Source: Stramenopiles sp. TOSAG23-6 (lineage: Eukaryota). From it: a stretch of 58,906 nucleotides of DNA. A program made the position numbers and the translations under genes. Below the pieces are notes generated by a model. It did no database searches. It had not been told where the DNA came from and saw nothing but the letters and a program-made list of their open reading frames with translations. Where the stretch lies: the NCBI GenBank assembly GCA_900128565.1, contig LT635917.1:1-58906 (forward strand), given 5' to 3'. Shown here piece by piece: positions 34,465-45,223 of the stretch; the first letter of the stretch is position 1; each line of letters begins with the position of its first letter.

Positions 34465-37400
34465 TCATTCCCAATCACTTCCCTCACTCTCTCCATCGTC
34501 AGAAAAATCACTTTCTGCAACATCTGAATACTTTCCTTCATCCTCATCATCATCAGAATCACACAAATTTGTGTAACTGATAGGTTTACGATTTCGACCA
34601 CCTCGCCGCGATGATTTCTCAGTATCCATTGATCTTTCATCAATAATATCACCATCGTCATCATCGATGACGTCATCAACATTAAATTCTTCTTCACTAG
34701 AAGATGTATTTTGGAAGAATATTTCAATTTGTTTTTCGTTAGGTACAAAATTTTTATAAAAAAATAAATTCGAAATTGAAAAAAAAATAAAACATACATA
34801 ATATTTCAATAGATTTCTTTTTTGCTACTTTCTTTTTTGATTTCACTTTGACTCTTTTTGCCTTTGGAGTCTTTGCTGTTGGTGATTCAGTTGATACATT
34901 TGGTTTCTGGTACAATTTTACTCGTTCAATCAAATCGGATTTCTTACCTTTTGTTGATATGCCATACTCTGCACAATATGTTTTCAAGACTGCAACTTTC
35001 ATTTTTTTCAATTCACCATTAGTGAATATTTTTTTCTGTTTAAATCCATCGCTTTGCTGAGACTTTGACTGAGGAGTATGAATTGTGAAAAAATACTATG
35101 TAGAAAAAAATCGTTAGGTACGAAATTTCGTATGAAAAAAAATTAGGTAAAAAAATTATCATGAAAACGTACATCCGCCTTATCAGTTTTAAAATTACTG
35201 TGCGATCGCTTTGTTGGCTTCGAAATCATTGGTGAAAATGTGTTTTCAGACACTGCAATTTGAGCCATTCGCCTGTTCTATGAAAAATATTTTTTTTTTT
35301 TACCGAAAATAAAAAAAATTGTTAGATACGAAATTTTCATAGTATAATAAATCAAAATTCAATTTTGGAAAACATACATGGATAATGGAAGATCATTGAA
35401 GTCTGAATCATCGGAGGAGTCATCGGATATATTCACGGTTTTTTTCATGATTTTTTTTGATTTTTCAGGATTTGGAATTGAAAGCGATGAAATATTAGAT
35501 GTTGGAGATTTTTTCGTTATTTTTGGTTCTTTTTTTACTTTTGGTTCAAAAAATTGAGAAATTGGTTTTGTGTTGGCTTTTGCTTTTACATTCTCGTTAC
35601 TTGCTTCTTCTTTTACTTTCTCTTTTTTTACTTTTGGTTTCTTCTTCACGACTCTCTTGCGTCTTTTCTTTTTATTACCATTTTGAGCAGCTTCCTTCGC
35701 TTCTCTTTCTGCATCTGCATCGGCTTGCATAGCATCTTCAAAACGTATAATAGATGCTTCTAAAGCAATGAGATCGGCCTCCCATAATTCCTGAATAGAA
35801 GTTTTTTGAAGTAATCGCATTACAGCAGTTTTTTCATCAAGTTCCTTTTTCAACTTTTGGACTTTTTCGACAGTAAGTGACCGAATATTCATATTCAGCA
35901 TATAATCGTACCCACGCTCACGAGTTTGCTTTTCTTTTTCTTCATCATCTTTCTTCTTTTCCTTCTTTGAAGCTGGTTGAATAAGCACATAACCATTAAT
36001 CTTCATTTCAGCCACGAGTTCGGCCTCTTTCCTCCTGGAAATTACAAGTTTACCTTCAACGACTTCAGTCACAAAACGCATTTGGTTTGCAAGACGTGTG
36101 TGTTCAGCTTTCAAAGTCTTTAATAAATGGCGTTTGCGGTGTCCATACATACGTAAACGTGTTTTATAGAAGCGGTCAATAATACTTGAAATAGTTTTAA
36201 ATTTCGTGACTTTTTCAGACACAGTTTCACTTTCAATCTCTGGCATGGCCAAAGGTGCATTATCAACGATCATAGAATCCATCACAGGAACAATAGCCGG
36301 AGCTTCTTCATTTTCATTAAATTCGGTCGCTGGTGGAAGACCCGGTTGGACTAGAATCATATTCGAATTGGAAAGTTTTGAAGTCATCTTAAAATCACTT
36401 AAAAATGTTGCATTTTTCAATGGTTCTTCTCCGTAATCTACAGTAGGTGCTAGAGTTATAGTGAAACTGACGGTTGCATCTGTATGGTTTTCGTTATAGT
36501 CAACAACGAGTTGCTTTCTAGGCTTACTATCAGTCTTTTTCTTTCCCTTCGATTTCGATTTTGATTTCGATTGATTCTTTTCAGGTTCGGATAAAACTTC
36601 GAGTAATTCTTTGAATTTTTGAGTCCACATTCCGACAGGAAGTTCAGAAATATGAAGGATTCCTCCAGGACCTGGTTCGATCACTTCGACCAAGCCTTTA
36701 CACATAAACCCAAACGCATTCTTTTTCTGAAATACTTCTGTCGTGCCTTGAAAACCACGATACCAGGGAACAAGGTTTTTAGCTACAGTAATAGAATCAC
36801 CTCCTGATAGTAATTGACGAAGACAATTGATAATATCTTTGGGATTGTAATTAGGAATTTCTGTAGACCAACCCGTACCAATACCAGCACATCCATTAAC
36901 AAGCACAAGTGGAATAACTGGACAATAGTATGAAGGTTCAACACTTATACCGTCATCATCAAGGTAATCAAGTATAGCATCATCATCGGGATGAAAAATA
37001 TGTCTTGTAATTTCAGCTAATCGAGTAAAAATATAACGAGGTGACGCTGAATCTTTTCCACCTTGAAGACGTGTACCAAATTGACCACCAGGATATAAAA
37101 GGTTGAGATTATTAGAACCAACATAATTTTGTGCCATACCCACAATTGTACCCATTAACGACGCTTCACCATGATGATACGCAGCATGCTCAGAAACGTA
37201 TCCTGCAAGCTGTGCTACTTTCAGCTCTTTGGTTAATTTACGTTTAAAACAAGCAAAAAGAACTTTTCGCTGAGATGGTTTGAGTCCATCAATGAGGTTC
37301 GGGATGGCTCGTTTTACAGAAGCCTGAGAAAACAAAACAAATTCCTTATTGAAAAAATCTTTGTATGTCATTTCTTTCATGGAAAAATCTACGTACGTCC

Positions 37401-39788
37401 CAGCTTTCACTGCACCAATCCAATCCTTCCTTGCATGTATTTTGGAAAAATATTTCAAAAAAAAACAATTAAATTTGTTAGGTACAAAATTTCGTATGAA
37501 AATGTTTTTTCGAATTAAAAAAAAAATAAAACATACATCAGCATTATCTTTTGAAAAGGCAAGTTTAATCAGTTCAGCATCACCATCAATCCATTTGAAT
37601 GGGATGACATTAGTATCAAGATTAGCAAAATATTGCTTTGCTTCTTTAGAAGTTGAAGTACCAAGACCTTTATAATACTTGATATGCCAACCTTTCTGTT
37701 TTGGTAAAGTTTCATTGCCTTCCTCATCAATTCCAAGAATATTACGAGACTTCCAAGTCTCATACTCAGGAACTGTATGAAACAAAATTTGCTTCTTATT
37801 TCGTGTTACTTTTACAATCGGTGTTATAAATTCTTTGATAAAACCTGGAACTTGCATTAAAGAGGGATTAAACCAGTGTAAGAAATTCAAAAGTAGCCCT
37901 TTAATATGAGATCCATCGTAGTCTTGATCAGCCATAATTAAAATTGAGCCATACCGAAGTTTCTTAATATTTTCTGTGTCATACGAGACATCTCGTCGAA
38001 TTCCCATAATTTTAATAATGTTTTGGATTTCATCATTATTTGATACCTGAGAATGCTTTGCTTCGCGTACATTTAAAGGCTTCCCTATAATAAAAAAAAT
38101 GTGTACAGTTTTGAAATTTGTTAGGTACAAAATTACATACGAAAAAAAAATCAAATTGAAATGATAAAAACATACCTTTTAAAGGAAAAACACCATAAAA
38201 ATCTCTGCCTACAATGGAAAGACCAGAAACGGCAAGTGTTTTTGCAGAATCTCCCTCAGTCAGAATAAGCGTACATATGTAATTTTAGGAAAATATTTCA
38301 AAAATTGATTTTTTTTGTTAGGTACGAAATTTTGTATTAAAAAACATGGAAATGTATGATGATGAAAACGTACTGATAACTCTTTGAAGTACCAGCCTTA
38401 TTTGCATCATCTAATTTCGGAATCCCACGAATTTTTTTCAACTTTGTCGCTTGCTTACCAACGTTACGAGACCGAAAATTAGCAAATTGCATTGCCGCAT
38501 CCACGATTCCCATACTCTTTGACACAACTTTCTTCAATATTGCAGGAGACAAAATTGCAGAAGAACCGAAATCTTTATGCTGAGTAGTCAGAGCTTCTTT
38601 TGTCTGTGAATCAAATGATGGATTTTCGATAAGGCAATTGATAAAAACACAAATGAAGTTTTTTGTTGCTGCTTTACTTAACGCTTTGGCTTTCTTATTT
38701 TTTCGTGCACATTCTTTTTGAATAACAGAAACGAGTTGATTCACAATAAAATCAACATGAGTTCCACCTTTAGTAGTAGCAATACTGTTCACAAATGAAA
38801 CTTGTTCGAAACGTGTTCCATCACTAGGACAAATCGAAATTTCCCAACGATCATTCAAGCGTTCGTGAAGCATTTTCGTAGATCGGCCCTCTGCAGCCAA
38901 CGTCGAGAGACAGGATCGTGAACATAATTTCACATAATCTGGAAAGTTTTTGATGTGAAGTTTCTCGCCATTAAGATACACACGAACAGATTTATCAGTA
39001 ACACCGGCTAAATCATAAGTACGTTTTTTGAAAATATTACATATTTCTTCATTTAATTCAAACATTCCAAATTTTTCAAGGTCTGGTTTGAAAGTTATCT
39101 TTGTATACGATTGAGTTTTATGAGCATCTGTGATTACAGGCGACTCTGTCTTTGTCATATTGTTACGAAAAACTTGAACGTATTTCTTTTTCAATTTTGA
39201 GTCAACTGTTTCAACAATAAACTTTGTGGAGAAAATATTAGCAAGCTTAGCACCAAAGCCATTTCGACCGCCTGTGACTTTTTTCTTATCATCGTTGTAA
39301 TTTGAACCAGTAAGAAGATTTCCAAAAATTAATTGAGGTACATACATTTTCTCTTTCTTATGCATCTGTACAGGTATTCCCTTCCCATTATTGGCGACGG
39401 AAACAGTCCCAGACTCGCGGTTAATGCAAACTTTGATCCACGTCATCCCTTCTGGATCACGCTGTTTATTGTCAGCTGCATTTACGAGAATCTCATCAAA
39501 TATCTTAAAAAGAGCTGGAACATATGTACACGTCTTGCGAACTAGGCGACCTCCTTTATCTGCTAAATCTTCAAAATTATCTGCTGCAGGAACGTCCGCG
39601 TTTTCACTTGATGTTGGGAGAACAGCGGGGACATCCGTAAAAGTCCACGTATCATACGTAGTTGGTTGAACACTACCAACATAAGTATCTGGGCGTAATA
39701 GAACATGCTCTCGCTGATTTACTTTTTTGTAAATATTTTCTACCCTATTTGGAGTCAATGTCTGGCGTCTGTTGAAGTTTTCCGACAT
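34465..39788 (-). CDS. TOP2: DNA topoisomerase II with C-terminal SAP domain; exons 39788-38374, 38276-38176, 38084-37537, 37434-35378, 35272-35173, 35077-34798, 34703-34465
   Basis: EHVLLRPDTYVGS, DEILVNAADN, GGRNGFGAK, TEGDSAK, PLKGKPLNV, DQDYDGSHIKG, YYKGLGTS, DGLKPSQRK, YHHGE, SPRYI. Six family introns restore a continuous frame. Confidence 0.97.
34704..34797 (-). other. Family intron, GT-AT, 94 nt
   Basis: TAT|GTATGTTTT...TTTTGTACCTAAC...CCAAAATACAT|CT opens the acidic TOP2 tail; the nearby TAG gives another frame. Confidence 0.8.
35078..35172 (-). other. Family intron, GT-AT, 95 nt (in-frame CAG 9 nt downstream also possible)
   Basis: GAT|GTACGTTTTC...TTTCGTACCTAAC...CACAATTCAT|ACT. 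Confidence 0.75.
35273..35377 (-). other. Family intron, GT-AG, 105 nt
   Basis: AT|GTATGTTTTC...TTTCGTATCTAAC...AATATTTTTCATAGAACAG|G; the second AG is the in-frame one. Confidence 0.82.
37435..37536 (-). other. Family intron, GT-AT, 102 nt, in-frame and stop-free
   Basis: Removal converts FSKDNAD[34 aa]ARKDW into the conserved FSK..AD.RK.W helix. Confidence 0.9.
38085..38175 (-). other. Family intron, GT-AG, 91 nt
   Basis: AAAG|GTATGTTTTT...TTTTGTACCTAAC...ATTATAG|GG restores PLKGK. Confidence 0.92.
38277..38373 (-). other. Family intron, GT-AT, 97 nt
   Basis: CA|GTACGTTTTC...TTTCGTACCTAAC...AAAATTACAT|A restores SYQCTLILTEGD; contains an in-frame stop. Confidence 0.92.
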
Positions 39789-40054
39789 GTTAAATATCAA
39801 TGTTCGTATGTCAGGCAAAATTTTCTTTTCAAAGCACACTATTTATTGTTTAGGAAGTCGTCTTTTTTTTTTTTTTTGATGTGAAAAATATCATTTGAAT
39901 TCCCGCCAAAAAAAAATACTGATGTCACAAAACTGCTCGACGTCGTAAACAAAAAAAACCTAAATCTCTATTATTTTATATTTTTTAAAATAAATTAAAA
40001 TCCACATTCCTCGGAAACAAATTTAATTTTCAAACTACTTTGACTTTTTGAGAA

Positions 40055-43027
40055 TTAAGGATCAATTTTGCTTTCTTTTCCATGCAACAAGGACTTAAAT
40101 GATCCGAGCATTTTATTGATTTTTTTATTCTGCTCGGAACTTCTCGGGCTTTGCTTTCCCTTCTTGTGGAGCTTTCCCTTCTTGTGGAGATTCTTTTGAA
40201 ACGCCTTTCCAATTTTTTTTTCCAATGAATTAAGTGCAACACCCTGTTGATTGACTTTTGAATGCAATTCTTCATATTTTGTCTTGTTGTGCGCTTGTGC
40301 CATCTTCAGAAACTTCTTAACTATGGTTTCATTATGGTTCTTCATTTTTTCTTCTAAAACTTTATTCTGTTTTTGTGTCTCATTCAATTTTTCTTCTAAT
40401 GATTTGTTGTGTGCATGACTCTCCTTCATTTTTGATTCCAAATGAGCAAATGTGTTTTTGTGGATCTTTGTCTTGGAATCTAACTTTTCTAATTCAGATT
40501 TATTCTTTGAAGTATGATGATTCGTCTGCTTTAGTTTTTCTTTCAGCGAGTTATATTGTTCCATCATGTGTGATTTTAATTCTTCAATATGATTCATTTT
40601 TACTGTCAGCTCATCCGATTCCTCTTGCTGCATAAATTTGTCTTCTGAAACATTCTGTTGCTTCAGTTTTGCCTTTAATTTGTTCAGCTGCAATTCTTTT
40701 TGTTTTATGGAATGTTCCAGCTGCTTCAATTTTTCTTTATTCTTCTTCATGTGCAATTCTCTTTCTTTCATGGAATTTTCAAGCTGCAAAAATTTTTCTT
40801 TTGGAACATAATGTACGTTTATTTTCCTTTGTAATTCGTTCAGCTGCAATTCCTTCTCTTCCAAACGCTTCTTAAATTTGTCTTTTCGAATATAATTTTC
40901 CCTCGTTTTTGCTTGAATTTTTTCTGAAGAATCTTCATCTTCCATTCTTAACCTTGACATCTTCAAAGCATTTAAATGAATATGTTTTGGAACATGGTGA
41001 TTTTCCATTTCTGCTTTTAACTTTTTAATTTCTGCTTCTTTTTCTCTATGAAGATGTTTCGAAACATAATTATTCTCAATTTCTGCTTTCAAGTTTTCGA
41101 TTTCAATGTTTTTCTCTTTAATTTGGTCATCCATGTCCCAATCTTTATTTTCATTGATTTTCTTAGATTTCCTCTTTTTCACGAGTTTCCACCCGTGGAG
41201 ATTGTAGACTTGATTAGCATAAGTTTTATGGCGTTCAAGTAAATCCTGAATATTTTCCATACGACGGCTATGATTCAAAGTCGCATGCATATTCTTCATC
41301 AGCATATTTTTAAATGAATTTCGACGTTGTAATGTTTGACCACCATTGTCAGACTCACCATTGACAGACTCAAAAATATTCTCCATTGAAGATTTATAGT
41401 TTTCATTCGCTTTGTCGATAGCACTTGAAAGTGTGTCACCTTCATCATGATTCGCTTTAAGGTTGCTTATTTCATTTGCATGAGTCTCAACTACATCAAG
41501 AATTTTCTTTTCTGTCTCTTCGTGTTTGTTGGCATCTTTATATGTTGAATCCACTAGGTGATTTCTAATATTATCTTTAATGATTAACCTATGGTCGGCC
41601 TCAGCAAAGACACGAGCATGTGTAGTTGATTCACGCTGTGCTTGAACATATTGTCTTTTGCGTTCATGTAATGCTCTCAACCTTACTACAGACTTCCAAT
41701 ATGTTTCAGGTTCATCCATATTCTTCATGGTCATGTACTTGTATGATAATCTACGCTTTAGCTTTGAACCTCCAATTCGAGCATTTGTGGTGTTCTTCAT
41801 AGATGATCTATAGTTTTGACGTGCATCTTCCATGGCGCTTTGAAGGCTTTTTTTATTCGTGTCCCCATTGAGATTGGTTTTAGCCGGTGTATAACCCAAT
41901 GAAGGAAAAGGATTCCAGCAAGCTGAATGCGATTTTTGAAGATCCTTAATTTGATTTAAGTGATCCGCATGCGCCTTTTTCATTTCATGGTGTTCGCCAT
42001 GGATACTAGGATTAGCCTGAAGGGTAAGCGCAAAAGATTCTTTGTGTGCATTTCGGCTTTCTTGTAGTGCTAAACGAAGTGCAGCATTCGCATTCTGTTG
42101 ATGATCATGATCTTCAATTTTAAGTCCTACAAGAGATCCAATATGTTTGTTAGAAGCATGCGTCATTTTTTTTTCAATAGTCGCATACTCTTTAGAACGT
42201 TTTTTCACATCTAAGTGAGCACTCAGAATATCAGCCACTGCTTTTTTATGATTTGATTTTATATTTCTCATCGCAAAAGCTTCTTTATCTGCCCGTTTTT
42301 TTTGTGTTGGTGTATTATTACCTTCTTTTGCAGCTTTTCTTCTACGTCTGTGTACAAGTTGTAATCGTAAAATGTCATCACTGTGCGCATCCCCCATTCT
42401 TTTAAATTCTTCATGTAAGTCCGCTTTTTTTCTCTTATCACTTATATGGTGAATATTCTCCAATGCTGAATCGAATCTGGCATGTTCCACCTCGATATTT
42501 TGCCTTAGTTTCTCCTCATAATCCTTTTTCACTGATGACTTGTACTTTCTTACTGAGCTCTTCACAGCCAATACGTGGTCTTCTTCAGCTTTTTGGATTG
42601 AATCAGAATGAAAAGATCTCAGTCTTGTGACCTCGGTATCAGAGATTCTGGCGATGTCACCGTGATACTTTTCGGCCACCCAAAACATTTGTAATAGAAA
42701 ATCATCTTGAATAAATGAATTAGAACGAGATAGAGTTCTACCTCTTGTATGCCTCTTTTTGTCTAACAACGAATCCAAAACATCTGTAATTGCTGAATAA
42801 AATATAACTTTTTCGTGAGCTTTATCAGTGGCTGTTTTATTCGGAGTAACCACGTGCCGAACGTATTCGTCGGCGGCGTTAACGATGAGCATCAGTGCCT
42901 CATCCTTATCTTTTTGTTTCAGATGAATTCCAGCTTTATTTATCCGAGCAGTCAAAAGCTTCGAAAGCGATAATTGACAATCTTCTCGAAGTTTCTTGGC
43001 TTGTTTCTCGTCGACATATAAAAACAT
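40055..43027 (-). CDS. Uncharacterised His/Lys-rich coiled-coil protein with internal repeats
   Basis: About 990-codon ORF with heptad-rich C-terminal half and recurring L.SA...A..NY.SSM segments; first ATG at 43027. Confidence 0.7.
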   Translation of the reverse strand: MFLYVDEKQAKKLREDCQLSLSKLLTARINKAGIHLKQKDKDEALMLIVNAADEYVRHVVTPNKTATDKAHEKVIFYSAITDVLDSLLDKKRHTRGRTLSRSNSFIQDDFLLQMFWVAEKYHGDIARISDTEVTRLRSFHSDSIQKAEEDHVLAVKSSVRKYKSSVKKDYEEKLRQNIEVEHARFDSALENIHHISDKRKKADLHEEFKRMGDAHSDDILRLQLVHRRRRKAAKEGNNTPTQKKRADKEAFAMRNIKSNHKKAVADILSAHLDVKKRSKEYATIEKKMTHASNKHIGSLVGLKIEDHDHQQNANAALRLALQESRNAHKESFALTLQANPSIHGEHHEMKKAHADHLNQIKDLQKSHSACWNPFPSLGYTPAKTNLNGDTNKKSLQSAMEDARQNYRSSMKNTTNARIGGSKLKRRLSYKYMTMKNMDEPETYWKSVVRLRALHERKRQYVQAQRESTTHARVFAEADHRLIIKDNIRNHLVDSTYKDANKHEETEKKILDVVETHANEISNLKANHDEGDTLSSAIDKANENYKSSMENIFESVNGESDNGGQTLQRRNSFKNMLMKNMHATLNHSRRMENIQDLLERHKTYANQVYNLHGWKLVKKRKSKKINENKDWDMDDQIKEKNIEIENLKAEIENNYVSKHLHREKEAEIKKLKAEMENHHVPKHIHLNALKMSRLRMEDEDSSEKIQAKTRENYIRKDKFKKRLEEKELQLNELQRKINVHYVPKEKFLQLENSMKERELHMKKNKEKLKQLEHSIKQKELQLNKLKAKLKQQNVSEDKFMQQEESDELTVKMNHIEELKSHMMEQYNSLKEKLKQTNHHTSKNKSELEKLDSKTKIHKNTFAHLESKMKESHAHNKSLEEKLNETQKQNKVLEEKMKNHNETIVKKFLKMAQAHNKTKYEELHSKVNQQGVALNSLEKKIGKAFQKNLHKKGKLHKKGKQSPRSSEQNKKINKMLGSFKSLLHGKESKIDP

Positions 43028-43340
43028 CGTAGCGGTTATCTGTGTCACCTGTTTCCGTAAAATATATGATTTACTGATTTACTCAGTGAACGGTAGTATA
43101 CACAGAATATCCTTGAAAGATTTTTCGGTTACATCATGTGAAGCAGATTATAGCTCTTACGTACAAAATTTTGGTACGAATCTTTTTTTGAAACGTTTTG
43201 TACATGTCCTATGCTTCTGATATATTTTTTTCATTAAATTTTTCAATTAGGATTTTTCTTTTGTAGTCAGTCTAGATCTGTGCATCACTACCAAAACCAC
43301 TAATAGTACCTACTACACTACGAGACGTATCATCATCATC

Positions 43341-44559
43341 ATGAATAACTCTTTTCATGAGAAACCCTCTCTGTATACTGTAGCAACACATTCTGTGGAA
43401 AGTTTAGAAAATTTTTGTAGTACTTGGGATAGCTCTAGTGATTGCTTTCCTGATAAGCTTCTAGCTCCACTTCCTTTGACAACTCCAAATCCAACCAAAA
43501 TCCAAAAAAGAAAACAACACGATGACACATCTTCGTACACTTTTGAAGGGGAAAACATATTGAAGACGAAAAATGTATCACGTCGTCTAGAAAAATGTGC
43601 TTCAAAACTTAAAATACCTATAAAATTTTTNTCTCCGGCCGCTTGGCGTGGTGTTATGCGGAATGTACCAGCCTCGTACCGTGATGAATCACGTAAAGCT
43701 TTGGCAAAACAAACTTTTATGAACACAATTGTTGCGAAAGCATCTAGTAAGGAGCATGTTATTTTAATTTCCAGAAATAAGCCTCGAATGGTAGGTACTG
43801 GTCGCATTCTTGTCCTTGTTGGGCTAAAATACCGAGGAAACGTTGGAAGTATTGTCCGGTCTGCCGTGCAAGCAAACGCATTTGATGAAATATATTATGT
43901 GGAAAATAGATCGTCAGATGAGGAGTATCTCAATTTGACAACTCTTGTGAAGCGAAAAGATGGTAAAACTGGAGAGGATGAATCTGAACATGGTATTCCT
44001 GGTTATGAACTCAAAACAAAAAAACGAATGCGGGTGACTGATAAAGAAGTGGACTACTTTTCTATTTTTAATGCTCCACTGATTCCGTTTCGAAGATTTA
44101 AATCCGTGGGTGATTTTATGAGTGTTGCCTCTAATGAATTAGTGACGGTAAACAGTTCTTGTAATTCTGGTGTTTCTAATATTCCGAATGAAAACTTAGT
44201 TACAATGAAAACTACAAACGGGCGGGTAATGGTTGCATTAGAATGCTGTGACTCTGCTTTCGACATGTATGTTTTCAACGTTCAAAATTTCAAAAGCAAA
44301 TTGTACCAAATTTTGTACCTAATTTTTTTTTTCTTTAAATATTTTCTCAAAATACATTTACAGTGAAGATGCTAAGAATATTTTAGCCAAGGAAGATTTG
44401 TATCTTGTCATGGGTGCTGAAGATATCGGTGTGCCCATGGAAATAATGAATTCTTGTAGTGCTTTAGTAAAAATACCAGCATTGTCCGCTTCAGTCAATG
44501 TTTCGTGTGCTTTTAGTGCAGTACTGACTATTCTTAAAGACTTAGATTACAATAAATAA
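43341..44559 (+). CDS. SpoU/TrmH-family (SPOUT) RNA 2'-O-methyltransferase; exons 43341-44266, 44358-44559
   Basis: GNVGSIVRSA; second exon LVMGAEDIGV and VKIPALSASVNVSCA. Confidence 0.85.
44267..44357 (+). other. Family intron, GT-AT, 91 nt (in-frame CAG at 44363 also possible)
   Basis: CAT|GTATGTTTTC...TTTTGTACCTAAT...AATATTTTCTCAAAATACAT|T. Confidence 0.78.
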
Positions 44560-44857
44560 AAGCCAATATTGAATATTAATAAAATTTCAAATTTCAAAGT
44601 TGACCGTTTTTTTCCGTTGAAAGTCACGTACTAAAATGTCTCTAAACTCTCTAGCTAGAACTATATACAGTAGTAGCAGCTACTGTACGACTATTTTTAA
44701 GTAGGTTTGAGTTTAGTATCTCCAGCTTCATCAGATTCCTTGATCTCGATCGATGCTGCACATTATTTAAGCAATTACATAAACTTCATGATGTATCGAG
44801 AGAACTAAAATGCATAATAAGTTAGCGTGACTCAGTTAAATTGGAGTGTAAAAAAAA

Positions 44858-45124
44858 ATGCTGAATAATTCGGACGTAATACTGCAGCAGCAGCGCAAAC
44901 GTATTTTAATAAAAAAAAGAAACCACGTTTCAGGAAGTGATCAAATGGTTGTAGATGATATTTTGCGGCCGCATATAGCGTCACAACGAAATCAAAAAAG
45001 CAATCCTGCTCTGCGTTGCAACTGTTTTCAATGTCGGTGGATACATAGTAGTGAATTGAGACAAAGATTATTAGATGAACTAAAGACTCAAGTAGATGTC
45101 CTCAAAGATGCATTGAAGCAATAA
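44858..45124 (+). CDS. Small hypothetical protein (88 aa)
   Basis: ATG-initiated ORF in otherwise gene-free space with a C-terminal coiled coil; no recognisable family. Confidence 0.4.
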   Translation: MLNNSDVILQQQRKRILIKKRNHVSGSDQMVVDDILRPHIASQRNQKSNPALRCNCFQCRWIHSSELRQRLLDELKTQVDVLKDALKQ

Positions 45125-45223
45125 CACGTTATAGTAAAAGTGTAAACTAGAATTATAAATTAGTATCAGAATTATTTATTTTTTTATCGTGGTCAATAGA
45201 AAATTAACTTGTAAATAGACAAT

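Noticed and set aside
34704-38373. Nucleosome-length periodicity of exons between family introns
   Set aside because: Internal exon sizes across the window (100, 101, 132, 175, 212, 217, 280, 364, 548) are too few and too mixed to support it.
43631-43631. Ambiguous base N in the SpoU gene
   Set aside because: Assembly ambiguity after a T run; the frame is maintained.
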